The translations under genes and the position numbers were made by a program. The notes below the pieces were generated by a model that saw only the letters and a list, made by a program, of their open reading frames with translations, was not told where the DNA came from and did not search any database. Below, piece by piece: positions 50,205 to 64,000 of a stretch of 64,000 nt of DNA. The stretch's first letter is position 1. Every line of letters starts with the position of its first letter. Source of the stretch: Auanema rhodensis (taxonomy: Eukaryota; Animalia; Nematoda); the NCBI GenBank assembly GCA_964057225.1, contig OZ059898.1:13392001-13456000 (forward strand). Direction: 5' to 3'.

Positions 50205-52274
50205 ATGAATCTTGAGGTTAGTTTTGATTTAAATTTTAAAAATAGTCATGCTTTTAGGTGAGTATAAACAATGTTTTTTACCCAGCCACTGTCTTGAATT
50301 TTTCCCTGGACGTTAAGCAATTGCAAGTAAGTTACTTAAATTTTTTTAAAAATTGTTTTGTTATTTTCGGTATCATATGAAAAAAATTGGCGTCCTTCTG
50401 AGTCAGTTTCTTGTGAACAATGTAGAATTGTCGGTACTGTGAAGTAAGCTAATCACAACTCTCCTGATTAAAATATTGTGACTGCTTTAGAAATGATAGC
50501 GTTCAAGCTGGTGATGTGATTGAAGCACGATTAGCTCAAGGAGATGTGAAGGTTACAGGTTGGCAAAAAGCCCGAGTGAGGGAAATCAAGGTGTGCATTG
50601 GTAGTCAAATGTTTTCTGATGTTTATCTCCATACAGGGTGGTTTTGTTTTGCTTGATGTTATCGACGGGCCTAGTAAATCTGACGCCGTCTCATTGGACG
50701 ATTGTAGAGGAACTAAGACTACATATGTTAAAGTTGATATGTCAAAATGTAGAAAAGAAACTATTTGTAAGCATTAATGGTGTTCCGAATAAGTACAAAC
50801 ATTGTTTCAGCTGTTCCCGAAGACTTGGATGATTATTTCGGTAGCCCCGAAGGTTGTACGGATTTTGCTGAAAGTGTCGGTGATATTCATGTATTGTACA
50901 ATAAGGTATCTTTAAAATTTGTAATTATATTTTTTTTTCAAAAAATCGTTTTCAGGAGAAAAGAGAATTAGTTATTACTACTTTTGTTGAGCGTGCTCTT
51001 CGCCGTGCTGTTCTCGTTTCCGATATGTACTTTAAGGTTTTTCTTTCTGATTCATATTTATTTTTAAAACTTATATCTAGGATGCCCGTGTCAAGTTGAA
51101 TTTGAGACAAAAAGCAGAAGAAGTTCAACGAATGCTCCAGTCTACCCATATCACTAGTGAGGCTAAGTTTGTTGAGGAATTCCAGTAAGAATTGTTTTTT
51201 TTTTTGTTTTGAACTCAACCTGTACAGAGTTCCTCCCGAGTTGATGGGGCTTGCTATTGGATCTCAAGGTTCAAACATCTCCAGTGCAAGAAAGATTGAA
51301 GGTGTATTAGATATTCAACTTTGTGAGCCACATAGTGAAAATATGCCAAGTGTTTTTAAGGTATTTAAAAAATTTCCTTTTTCGTATTACAAATCTGTTG
51401 TTAAGGTTTTCGCTGAGACTGCCGAAGCAGCTGCAGCTGCTAGAACTCTTCTCGAATATTGTGTAGATACTATAATGGTTGATCGAGATATGGTTGGCAA
51501 AGTTATTGGTAAAGCCGGAAAAACAGTTCAGGTATATTACATAAAAGTTAGAAATCTAGTAGATGCTTTTGATTAGGGTATCGTTGATAAGTCTGGAGTT
51601 GTTAGAGTTCAAATCGCCGGAGGTGATGATACTAACGGCCCAGACGATAACATTGTTGATCCTGTTCCTTTCATATTTACTGGTACTAGGTAATATTCTT
51701 GTATATTAATTGGTTTGTTAATCATTTGTTCCTAGGGAAGCTATAGATAATGCTATATTTTTGGTGGGATTCCATATTCGCCATTTACGTGATGTTGAAT
51801 GCTTACGAAACGATGTAGATGACTTACAGCGACAAGCTTTCAGTCGAAGCTCACCTCCAAATGGTTAAAATTTTTATTATGTTCTGTTTTATAGTAAAAT
51901 GATATGCAGGACGATATGAACGCACTGGATTCAATAATGAATCTAGAGGAAACAGCGGATATCGTGGTGGACGAGGACGAGGTGGCGGTGGCGGTGGCGG
52001 AAATAACGAACACCGTGGAGGACGAGGAGGCAGAGCCGGATTCCCAACCGAACGACGGTATTTTTTAAAATTTAGAAGCCTTAAAAAACGGTTAACATTT
52101 CTAGAGTAGTTGAAAGAGATTATGAATCTGAGCCCATCCCTGCCAGAGAATCCACACGAGGTAGAGGTCGCGGTCGCGGGTCCAGAGGAGGAAATCGTGA
52201 GTTGGTTCGCGAATTGACTTAATTAATTACTATTTTCAGGTCGGGGTGGTTATGGTTATAACAATGGAAACTGA
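50205..52274 (+). CDS. FMR1: Fragile X protein homolog (tandem Agenet/Tudor, KH0, KH1, KH2, RGG tail), multi-exon
   Basis: YEKNWRPSE, GWQKARVREIKGGF, VPEDL, KFVEEFQVPPELMGLAIGSQGSNISSARKIEGV, MVGKVIGKAGKTVQGIVDKSGVVRVQI, PVPFIFTGTREAIDNA, RGG-rich tail. TGA at 52272-52274. Confidence 0.92.
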
Positions 52275-53384
52275 ATAACTTGGTTTGCTAGAAGCATTCA
52301 CCTGAACACTTGATCGTGGACCTTGTTATACTTGAATTTTGGCTAAGACTCTCAGTTAATTTTTTCGGCATGACCCATCACGTTCAGATTTGGTTTATTT
52401 ATAAATGTCATCATTTTTGAGATTTAGCCTGTTTGCGGATTCAATGCTCTGCGTTTATATATTCATATATATTTCAAAGTTTTATGCATGTTTTACAGCC
52501 TAATACTCACGACCTATTCTTCTATCATTTGATCAGACAAAACCTGTGTGCAAGTTCCCAGTGACATGTTCTGATTGCTCTTGTTGTTGGCTGCTTTATT
52601 GTCCATTTTGGGATGAAACATCTCACTCTTCGGTGTATTAAGCTTGATAGGGTTTGAGCATCATCTGTATACCGCTCGTTCTTTGTGGTTATACTGCAAA
52701 TGATCTTCTCAGAAGTTGATTTTTTGTTTTCTTTTTTATAGATTTGAACACTTCTGATATTTTTGTACGGCTGATAGGCATTGAACTTTTGATATCTTCA
52801 GCTTCGTGATCTTGTCCGTTGAAATGGTTGACTGGCCTCAATGTTTTTCGCCACAGCTATTAGTCGTTATTGCTAAAGACTTGCGTTTAGTTGTTCTATT
52901 TATTCCCCTTTCAAGTAAATTATTATTTTTAAAACCGTTTTTTCTTCTTAAACTAATTGATCTCGAAGAATTTTCAAATAAACACTTCACAAGTTAAGTC
53001 CAGGATGGCTTAGCATTTGCCCTTTTTTTTGAGGTTCAAATGCTTTTTTAGATTTTCATATATTGTTGACTAACACTTTCAGCAATCCATAGCTCCATTG
53101 CTTTTGTGAGTATTAAATCGTTTGTCTTATAATTAGATGAGCGCATATAACAGACACATTGTCGCTGCTCGGGTCTTGGATATGGATTCGCTTCAAAACG
53201 GTGCTTCTCAACTATTCTACTAATCTCCTTTTTTTAAAAACTTCAAATCTTACCATCTTATGTCTGTCAATAAATATCATTAATTATTCTCTCAATTTGT
53301 CTCTTCTTTTGATTATTTTTGAAATCCAAAATCCCAGAAAATGTTGGATACACTCATCTTGAATTCTAATTGACAGCCCTAGAC

Positions 53385-56300
53385 ATGAATGCTTCTACTC
53401 TTGGTCTACCATTTATACGCCGGCGTGACACGCATATAGATGAAAATGCTCTACAGGTAGATCTTCATCTTTTTTTTTTCAAAATTTATGAAATTAATCG
53501 AATTTTTTCTGTAATAAAAGTGTTTGGCAACCACGTTTCTCATACATTCCTACAAATAGTAGGTGATTTCAATCGTTCTTTCAGCATTTATTGCTCAACG
53601 AAGGTGTATGGAGACGTGCATTTAGGAGAGATCGTCGAAGGAATGGATCTAAATGCAATACCATTGTTGGTTATCTTCAAGTGGGCCTTATCATTCGTGA
53701 ATCGAATTTTTTTATTTTTGTTCTTCTAGTTTGTGTATGAAAAATCTCACTTGCATTATCTATTTCCAATTCTACTTCTTTTTGCCTATTCTATATTAGG
53801 TGGGTTAATATTTTGGTCTATAGAAAGTACACAAGAAGAAATTGAGCTCTATGACAAAGTAAGAATTTCAAATCTTTTTTTTTTAAATTTACATTTTTTT
53901 TTTATTTTTAGCGAAATTTTATACAGAGTTTGAAAGATGAGTTATTCCGAAATGTTCTTCATATTGATAGTCGTCTTAAAGAGTATAATATTGCATATCA
54001 GTAAGAGCTTTATCATAGTAAATACTATTTTTTATTATTAAAGGAATAACTCATATGTTCGGAAACTTCATTACACAGGTTACAGAAAATATGCTCTAAA
54101 TATGCTGTACAAAGTGAGATAATTAAGTGTTTCTTGCCGTTATCTTAGTATTTCAGTCTGTATATTGGTACACTGTTTCTGTGTTCTACTTAACCGAACA
54201 TGAAACTCATAAAGCAATGACTTTGCGACCGGTGAATCCTGAGGCAGTTTGGAAACACCAATTTAGTTATAATTTTGGAAGAATAAATGCTTTAAAAAAT
54301 TACACTGATCAAGTTTGTTTGAAATAATATGGAATAATTAATTAGCATAAGTGCTTGCTTAAATGAACTAACGCCACGTGACGTGACTCAACTCATTTTG
54401 AATTCAGTTACTGTCCCAGCCGGCTGCATTCATCAAGATCTGTTTAATTTATCCTATTAAAATTTGTATTTATAGTTGGCTCTCCGATGCTGGGAGATTG
54501 GCTTAGAAGGAGCAGCAAAACACTGGACTGAAGAAGGATACAAGTCAAAAGTATTGAATGCATTGGTCATATCTTGTTCAGATTTGTTGTTATAGATAAA
54601 CCAGTCGATTCATGACTACGAAGTTGCTGTTGGCCTCAACAATGTCCTTACACCAGTTTGGACATTCTGGAATGCAATGTTTTTAGCAGGTAAACTTTGT
54701 GGCAATTAAAAAGTATTCAAATTTGCTCAGCTACCACATATACAACTATTGGCTATGGAAATATTACAGCTAAAACAAAATTGGGAAAACTGGCTGCCAT
54801 GGTTACATTGTTTTAGATGAAATATTGTTATAGTATCACTGTTTAGGTCTACGCTGTGATTGGAATACCTCTTGTTTTAATGATTCTTCATAAGCTTGGT
54901 AGATTTTTCATGATGGCACTTGAACACATTTGGGACTGGGTTATGAGGCAGTTGCACTCATTTTCTCGAGATCAGCTATTATTTTCAGATGCGCTGAATA
55001 TCTATGTTTAGTGAACAGTGAGAGTCGACCAAAGCTCTCGGAAGAAGAAAGAATATCTGAAATGCCGCTTCTCCTCGCTATAGGTTTCTGGTTATTCCAT
55101 CACTATAACTGATATACGTTATATTAGGCGTTGCATTTGGATGGATGTTCTTATGTGCTGCAATTTTTCTACTATTCGAAAAGGACTGGGATTATTTCAA
55201 AAGTTTTTACTTTTTTTTCTGTTCTTTAACAACTATTGGTTATGGTTAGTTTATGGCATAGTCCAGCTGTACTTGGCAGCCAGTTGTTTAAATTTGGGAA
55301 CTATGATTATAAACTTATAGGAGATGTAACTCCTACGAATAGCGAAGATATGTTTATTATATTTGCTTTAATTCTAATTGGTCTTTCGTTAGTATCAATG
55401 TGCATTAATGTGATTCAAGTTAAGCTTGAAAAACTATTTGAGGTAATTTGAGGTATCAGGAATCATAGCTCATGCTCTCTTGGATGTTTAGGAATTATTA
55501 TTAACATTGATGGAAGAATACAACTCCGATCCGGAAGCAAATACTCTGAAGTCTGGGAAAATAGGTAGAATATAAGGATTGGTATGACTTAATACAACTA
55601 ACATTCAGGAATGATGGAAATGTGGAGAATGTGGAAAAGAAGGAAAGATCGTTTACGTGGGCTGGCTCCTGCTCGTAATGCTGCTGGCAAAGCATCTCAA
55701 AATCTAGCAAAAGTTTGAAAAGTTGAAGTTTCACATACATATTTTTGCTTGCAGGTTTTGCCATTTGCAAGATTGTGGGACCGTCATCAACTTATTGAAG
55801 AATTGCATCATCGTCTACGTCAGGTACGAAAATACAATATTGTTTTTCTTACAAATAAGATGCCCTTTGGAAAATGTATAAAAGAAATTTATCTCAGAAA
55901 AATCGTAGTACCCAGACAGATCCGTTCCCTGTATATATACCTGTATATGAGGAAGCTTGGACAGAGACAAGCGATATAGAGAGCTGTAATTCCGGTTTGA
56001 TTTTGATAATTGTATTGTTTGTTTTCAATCTCATATTTTTTTAGACGATACCGGTCATAACTTTTTGGGATTACCCGAAAATTCTCAATGCCTTCCCTCA
56101 AGATGTGAATCAAGGCCCGTTGTAGTTCAGGTTTGTAATTATTATTTATGCAATGATATATACGGATGATCAAATATAGGCTGAGAATTCATATTGCTCG
56201 TCTTCCTCCTTATTACCAACAACAATGTCCGGCAATCATAGTCAACCTCAAAGTGCCCCTAGTCAAATGTCAAAAATGTAAATAAAAATTAATGTTTCAA

Positions 56301-56858
56301 TATGGAACGATAAGTTTCAGCTCGTCCCTTTCTACATTATCTAGCAGAAATACATCAGCATATTCCACAAAAAGTGCTCCGTGTCCATCACCTAGTCGTT
56401 TTCCTATAGATTATGACCCGCATCGCAGGTGGACGTTCATTGGTAGTAATAGAGTAAGTATCTAGAACAAATGAACAATTCAATTTCTGTTGACGTGATA
56501 AAAGGGATATTTTCAGGCTCACCGTGGAACTCCAAGAGGCTTAGTAGTTAACTACATGTATATGAAAAATCAAAGTGCCAAACGGGTAAGCTTTATCTTA
56601 TTACCATAAATAATCTTTACCTCATGCAAGAAATAAGCTTCAACCACCTTTCAGGGATCTCTGGTTCCTACAACAGAAATGAGACGTCTTATTGCTGAAA
56701 TCGATAATCGGCTTCAGGATTGTCGATATATTAATACTCCAGGTAGCTCTCTGATTGGCTCTGCTAGCAGTGAAGCGTCGGTTTTCAAATGACAATTATA
56801 CAGGGGAGAGTCTGCTTCATCAGTTCGAACACGATCCTTATATGTAGTACCAGAATAA
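53385..56858 (+). CDS. Two-pore-domain (TWK/KCNK) potassium channel, multi-exon
   Basis: Two pore loops, WTFWNAMFLAATTYTTIGYGNI and FFFCSLTTIGYGDVTP, plus YAVIGIPL, LIGLSLVSMCINVIQ and a long M1-P1 loop. Termini approximate. Confidence 0.92.
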
Positions 56859-58303
56859 CTAATATGTAATCTATCATTGTATTCTACTTTATTATTTTCA
56901 CAGTAGTCGTCTGATCAGTATACACGACTAATGAATAGCAACTATTCCCAAGCAAGAACTCCAAGTCGGCATCAGCTTCAAACTATGCCTCGCTCACTTC
57001 GTATTTCTTTTGCCATGTACATATAAATACCTGATTCTCCCCTGCCATAATTTCTCTCTCACTCACCCCTTCTCTCTCATTCTCTGACAACCAGCCGGCC
57101 TAGACACACGTATATAAGCATGGGCAGAACCTTGCTGATATCAGTGGCATTCGGCACCAAATTCGATTCCTTTCATCATCCTTCCTAATCTCATATCCAC
57201 ACATGGTATATGTTATATATAATTCAACAGAAACCTTTATTCATTTCGTTTTTTCTTTTTTTTTATCATTTAATCATGTAACATACATTTTAAATATTTT
57301 ATATGCTCAACGTTTAGCTAAATTTTGAACGTATATTGTATTATATATCATCAACAATAAATGTATATACAATGCTCAATATACGAACTTGATATTAAAA
57401 GATGATGATAAGAGACAACATCATGAAACCCAAAGGTTCTGTACAAATAACATGTCTTCATATGTATATTCATAAATAACACTGATCCGATTTCAAGATA
57501 AAAGTGTTGGCTTTTGTTTCATATCTTTACATTCAAATGAGAAACTATGATCGATAGTCGAGTATATCTAGTTAAACTGCATTATTGGCATAGAAGAAGT
57601 TTTTTTTAAATTAGTAACTGTTAAATTGCATTGATAAATTAGATATTATGGCAAAACACATGATGTAAAATACATAACACATGAACAGCAGGAGAACCCT
57701 CATTGAATTTGCTCGAAATTTGTATCCTAGTCCAATATTTAAACTAAAAGTACAGCTTTTAATTGATAAGTGAATAAATAAATAACTCAGCAGAAATCGT
57801 AAAAAAGGAATTCCAATTACCCAAAAACAGGTTGCGAAGAACATATAACAGTTGAACATAAACTGTGTCTCCTGTGTAGGCTTGTAGCCAAAGAATCACA
57901 TTTTTGTTGTTGCTTGCTTGTGTTGTTTTCTACAGTTTATATATCTTCTCATATATATGAGTCTTTGTTTCATATAGATTTGAAATTTCCGATTATTTTC
58001 GCCAAAAAATTATCGCAATTTTCTAGCCTAGGCACCAAAGCTTGTTTATGCGATCGTATTAACTAATTTTCATATACAGCTCCCTGCACTAATCACTACG
58101 ATACAATGTGATTTAATGTGTTAATTCCCAATAAACTCCGAGAACAGGAGATGAAACGTAATACTAACTGTTGATATTTGACTTTTTGTCTAACACCAAC
58201 AATTTTTTGTGGTCGTAATTTCCCGTGAGTTTACATTTTCAATTTCACGTCGATCACTAAACTTTCTTGCTCGTTGACAAGTTTTAGCTTATTAGGGTTT
58301 TGC

Positions 58304-60851
58304 ATGGATGGCTTCTTTTCGAAGAAGAGGGAGGAGGAAGACGATGGAGAGAGTGGAAGTAACGTTGATATGGACCGAATATCGTTTTCTAGGTATTCTT
58401 AGTTTCTTCATCATTTATCAAACGATTTTTAAGCCTCCGCGAATCAACAGATGAAGATTTATACATGTCCGTCCAACAAAGTCCTTGCCAATCTAGTTTA
58501 AGTGCTTATGAGACCAACTCTCTTTTTACCAACTGCGAACACAAGTAATTAAAATTTCTGCTCTCTTTTTTAATATCTAATTCTCAGAAATGATGAGGGA
58601 AGTTGTTATGACTCGGCATCGGCTCGCCTTGAATTAGATAGCATTCCTTGTTCATCCTATAGTGTTCGACTAGATCCTTCAGATGATGTTGGATTTCAAT
58701 TGGAACTTGATGTACTTTGCTTCTTTTTTTTCCGGTTTGTAATAGTCATTCAGAATTTTCGTGCTTCTCTACCAAGCCCGTCTAACCTGCCCAAACTTCC
58801 TAGAATTATTGGTGATCGCCCTTACTGGGAAGAATATCAATCTTGGCTACGATGTCTACGAAATGCAGATGCTGAAGTTTCCAAAGATTTAGAAGATGTA
58901 AGCGTACCGTTATCAATATATCAGTTACCATATTGATTTTTTTCTCCTAAAGATAAATGTAACTATATATTCATCAAGTCTTGCTATGAAAGCTTTAGAA
59001 GAAACTCGATGGTTTAATGATGTTTCAAAAGATCCAGAGTTATCAAAGCTTGTGAATGATGTAGGTCATATTCTTTTTTACTTCATCTGTTTATAATTTC
59101 TCTTTTAAATAGATTGATCCTATTTTTCCTATTGCTATGAGGGGTCCATCGTTCTCACAATTGAATCCTACCGTTACTGAGCCACCTTTGTCGATTTCTT
59201 ATGAACTAACAGAGCGACAAACTGACAATTCTACCTTTTATTTGCCTATTCAAAGGTATTTTGTGTTTTTGTTAATTTTTTATAATTTTTTTGTTTGTAA
59301 GTGCTCCTGTGGAGTCGCGAATCCGTAGTTCGTTAAATGGAGTTGATGATATTATTTTGCGACGAAAAAGTGAACCAACTTGGCATGGAATCGCAGCTTT
59401 AGCTCTTCATCGGTTTGTTAAGATTGATTATATTTATCTGGAATTTGTTTAGAGCATTTTCTCGTGATCCTGTAAGAGATCCAAGACTTGAAGACTGGAT
59501 GACGGATTTAATAGACAATTTCGCCAAGGTATTCAGACAAGTTAGTCTAATATATTATAATTTTCAAACGTAGGCTCTAAGTTTACCCTCAAGCTCTACA
59601 CACAGTTCTGAAATTATCGTTGATGGGCAACTTGTTCGGCTGAGAGGATCTAATGATTGGGCTCCGCCACGTGATGCCTGGATCTTTACACCCATGAAAG
59701 TTGACTCGTTCGTGAAGTTGTTTGAAAATAATTACAAATTTGCTATATTCAGAGTCAAAATTCTCCTTGAAAATCAAAACCATCGTTGTGCCGGTTGCGG
59801 TGTTAAGATAGATAATCAATATCTTAAACGTGTCAGGTAAATTGCCATTATAATTTCACACCCAACCTTGATGTTCTTTAGATTATGCGAGTATTATTGT
59901 AAAATTTTTTGTCAATGCTGTCATCAAGGATTAAAGTCCATAATACCATCAAAAATACTGAATCTTTGGAATTTCAAGTAAATTATACTTATTTACTTCC
60001 TTTTTTATGTTTTGTTTATCAGAGAATTTCCGGTCTCTGACAGGGCTTACAGATTTTTAAAGGATGCGCGTGACCAACCTGCCATTCACATTGAAACTTT
60101 AGCTCCTGATTTGGTATGAAAGTGAAGGATTTAGAAGATTAATGAATTACGTTGTAGATAAATAAGATAGCCGTTTTACGGAAAGTTATACAAATGAGAG
60201 AAAAGCTAGGACATATGTGGGAATTTATCAAATTATGTACAATAGCTGAAGATACAATTACTAAATTCGGAAAGTATGTTTGCTCTTAGTTAGTTTAGTT
60301 TGTTAATTAATCTATATTTTTAAGCTTAAAAACTCTGTTTACTTCATTAGAGAGACATCTCTTGACTTCAAGCGATTTATTCTCTCTTTCTGATTTATCG
60401 AGAGTTTATAACAAGGATTTGGTGAGTCTATTGGAACCAATAGTGTATTATGGGAAATGCCATATTGAAAGTTGTCAGGTTAGAATTCTATGTGTTCAGC
60501 TTCTTCATCAACCTAGACACTTTTTCAGTCCTGTAAAGAACATGCATTTGTATGTTGTTTATGTTCCGATGCAACTGATCTTCTCTTTCCATTTCAAACG
60601 GAGAAAGCCAACAGATGTTTAGCATGTGGATCACTATCTCATTTAAAGTTTGATTAACTAATTACATAATTCAATAATGTTTTCCTAATTAAGATGCCAC
60701 CAAAAAGTGAAAAAGTCGAACTTAGATAAAGTGCAATGCCCAAAATGTGCCAGAATGGAGAATCAAAGGTAACCATTCCTAATCGTTTCCCACCTTTCCA
60801 TCCCATTCATTTTCCAGAAAACAGAATATGCTCAATTCTGGCGATTTATAA
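58304..60851 (+). CDS. rub-1: Rubicon-homology (RH) zinc-domain autophagy/endosome regulator
   Basis: WAPPRDAWIF, QNHRCAGCG, RLCEYYCKIFCQCCH, IPSKIL..WNFK.FPVS, HIESC..C and CPKCAR. TAA at 60849-60851. Confidence 0.85.
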
Positions 60852-61193
60852 AATCTTTTATATTATCCTTTTTTCTCGATAATACTCAAGCTTTGTTTAA
60901 ACTTTTCTTGCGGGTCAGCAACCTTTTTATGTTTTATCTCTTACATAATCTAGTGTATGTGTGTACATTTTTCTTTTATGTATTGTTGTATATCTGTGAT
61001 TCATCTGTGATAGTCTGTACCTCGTGAATTAATTCTAATACGAAGAAGTGCTTCCTTAACTTTATGCTGCCTTTTTTAAACAAATGATTTTATTTTTTCA
61101 CTATTTATCTCAATTTGTTGGGTTTGACTCCCATAGTTTCTTATATTTTTCTTGATAATGTCTTCTTCATTTTGATCTTTATTCAGATTTTCA

Positions 61194-62794
61194 ATGCAAA
61201 CTTCAATTACTCCTATAGACGCCTTATCGGAAACAGGTTGCTAACAACTTGTTGAACTTTTTTTTAGCTTGACCACTTTTTTATAGAACATTGTGTTGTA
61301 TGTGGTGATCAGGCTGATGGATTTCATTATGGGGTCAGGTCTTGTAGAGGATGCAATGCTTTTTTTCGACGGTCCATCACCTATGATATGACATTTACTT
61401 GTCGAAGAGGAGGAAAATGCCCTGTCGATAAAAGTATTTTTAGTTTTTATACATCATAATCTTTCTCATGTTTATAGATGCTCGATGTGCTTGTAGAGCT
61501 TGTCGACTAAACAAATGTTTTTTAGTTGGAATGGATAGACGAGGTAATGAGAAAACTGTCTGAAAAGTTTGAAAATCTTTCGCTTTTTATAGCTGTGCAA
61601 CCCAAAAAGGACTTAGCTTCCGCCAATGCACCAGACACAGGTTCTATTTCCCCCTCATCTTCTGCTTTTTCTTCGGTATGTTTTTCATTATTCAAATGGG
61701 AATAAATAGCTGTTTTCAGCAGATGTTTGTACCTGCTTTGCCACCATCACCATCTCCCAATTCTGGTCTCATATCGAGATTATGCTTTGACTTCATTGAG
61801 CAGAAAAAGAGAAGAAGATATCTTCTTTGTGGTTCTCTTGTTGAGATTTTGAGTGAAAGTGCAGTAAGTGTTCTAAAGATATTCTATAATGAACTATCTC
61901 CTTCAGGATAATACATTAAAAGGATTGGCAAGTGCCGAGGATTATAGCAAGCTTTTCCAAGTTCAGATGGTTCTTATGTTTGAGTGGGTCGAAAAATTAG
62001 AAGAATTTCGATCTTTAGTCGAGCCTACTGACAAGGTTAATCAATGTTTTCAAAACATGTTTTTATATCGAATGATTCCAGACGAAGTTGTTGAGAGCAT
62101 TTGCACTTCGCTATCTTCTATTGGATAATGTCTTTCATACAGTTGAAATGGGATTTTCTGACAGACTTGTCTTAGTGAATAATACATATATGAAACCAGG
62201 AGAATGGCCAGTTTTTGAAGCTGGCGAGCCTAGCGATGTCACACGAGTCAAACTATTGTTAGATCGAATCATAGTCTTGTTGATTATTGGAATTTAATTT
62301 TAGAATGTTTGGAACTGAGGCGAATCAATTGGTGGAAGAACTGGTTGTTCCATTACTTCATATGAAAGTAACCTTAGGCGAAATCATGTGTTTACGGATT
62401 ATCATGCTATGGAATCCTGGTGCTGTTGGCCTATCTCCTCATGCTCATGCAGTAGCCCAAGAGGTATGAGCAAGGATTTTAAAGTTGTGCAAGCCTTTCT
62501 TCTCAGGCTTCTAATAACGTGATCAAAGAACTTCACAGTTATTTCGATATGGAAGGGATCAGTGATGTTCAACATCGAATTGGAAATCTTCTTTTGTTGT
62601 TACCCACTTTCACAGTAAGTTTCTTATTTTCTAAAGCTTGCTAAGATTGAATGAATAGCCTGTGCTCATAATAGAATTTCGAACGTTTTCAGAAGCATGT
62701 TCAGTTATTGTACGATACTGTAAAATTGATTCCTTCATTTGGTCGTATGAATGAGTGGGACTCATTTATGGATGAACTATTAAAAGGATTCTAA
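61194..62794 (+). CDS. Nematode nuclear hormone receptor (C4 zinc fingers plus LBD)
   Basis: CVVCGDQADGFHYGVRSCRGCNAFFRRS...CRACRLNKC...GM, with LBD motifs FEWVEKLEEF, IMLWNPG and RIGNLLLLLP. TAA at 62792-62794. Confidence 0.93.
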
Positions 62795-62869
62795 AGCTTT
62801 CAAAGTTAAACTGATAATATCAGAACTCTTAGTCAACTCTGTATATATCTTTTTTCTAAATTTGTAACT

Positions 62870-62926
62870 ACATCATTATTATTCTCATCATCATCACAAT
62901 CATTATCATTATTATCATCATCATCT
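62870..62926. repeat. Imperfect (ATC/ATT)n microsatellite
   Basis: catcattattattctcatcatcatcacaatcattatcattattatcatcatcatc. Confidence 0.7.
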
Positions 62927-63587
62927 TCAGTTACAACATGTTATAAGCTATGCAGATAGTGTTTCAGAGAATTTATAAGAAATATGTAATTATGTTTATC
63001 ATTCCAACTCAGATTCTGGTACACTTTCAACTTTCAAAATTGAACAAAACAAAAAGAAGTTATGAGATTGTTAAAAATAATCTAGATGTTTAAAGATATT
63101 CTATCTATTATTCAATAAATATATATTATTATACAAATTCTTCTCTAATATACTAATTCTATAGTTGGATAAAAAAAGTTTGTTTAGCCCATTTTATTGT
63201 GCGTTACATAGATTCACGCCCTTTCTTTTCTACCCTTCGTTTGCTATATTTTGCCCTCGAATTGCCATCTCCTATTCCTCCCCTTCGACCTCATCTACAT
63301 CTTCTTTTCATTCGTCGATGTATGGCCTCTTCGTTTTCCTACATTTTCTTGTCTAACCTTCAAACTTATTGAAACATTCATCTCTTTTTCGCTTCTCTAT
63401 CCTTTCTTCCTATCATTTTAAGATGGGGTAGATGCATATGCAAACTGAGAACGAAATTAGTCTAAGACGTAATGCTGTCACTGGACTTGCAGCTTTAAAG
63501 TTTACATACTTGATGAGCTTTTCATACAAAGTAAAAGACTATTAAATGACTATCCTTATTAAGATTATTATTTAGACTCTTCATTAT

Positions 63588-63651
63588 TTCTTCTTCTTCT
63601 TCTTCTTCTTTACTTCTTTACTTCTTTACTTCTTCTTAGCCTTCTTCTTCT
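63588..63651. repeat. (TTC)n / (TTCTTTAC)n simple repeat
   Basis: Visible tandem units. Confidence 0.75.
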
Positions 63652-64000
63652 AAAAATATTTTGTAAAGCCAATTTTTCTCATCCCACGACACACTATTTT
63701 GAAACATTTACTGTCTTCAACTCGTCAACGAGCTTTTTTCCATAAATGAACCACATGCCACCAAATATTACATTTTATTCTTTTTTTTTCTAAAAATTAC
63801 CTATTCATATTATAAATCAAATAATCACATTTTACTTCACTTATACTTATTTATAGCTTGTGTTAGCATATCTTTTTTTGATTTCGTATATGGTTTTTTA
63901 GCTGTTATTGCTTTTCAAAAAATTGGAAAAATTTTAATTATTGTATATGCTATAATCATTCAAAGTATATGATTCTTGTTTTGACTACTGATGAACCTAG

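Noticed and set aside
63590-63780. Possible terminal exons of a minus-strand gene entering from beyond the window
   Set aside because: No consistent open frame could be established, and the region is mostly simple repeat.
1-64000. Prokaryotic systems (CRISPR arrays, defence operons) or rRNA
   Set aside because: Intron-rich eukaryotic sequence. No repeat-spacer arrays or rRNA motifs seen.

Overview
AT-rich eukaryotic DNA with many ~40-60 nt introns ending in TTT(T)CAG, typical of a nematode, probably a rhabditid (species not determinable here). Genes assembled by hand: an SLC26 anion transporter, two peptide-receptor-like GPCRs, a minus-strand cluster 14-3-3 > kynurenine aminotransferase > Tim9, a saposin-like protein, an FMR1/FXR homolog, a two-pore K+ channel, a Rubicon homolog and a nuclear hormone receptor. 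Main finding: a ~2 kb foreign-looking cassette (32732-34701). It carries an apparently intact, signal-peptide-less trypsin-like serine protease (WOSP-like), convergent with a broken N-terminal fragment resembling the Maverick/Polinton maturation protease. The cassette sits at the centre of a near-perfect 3.4 kb inverted repeat within a duplication-triplication rearrangement (29130-39204). Also notable: the adjacent 14-3-3 and aminotransferase genes each carry a tandem pair of equal-length, apparently mutually exclusive exons separated by only 26 and 21 nt, and both genes have highly structured introns. All homology calls come from motif recognition, not database searches.
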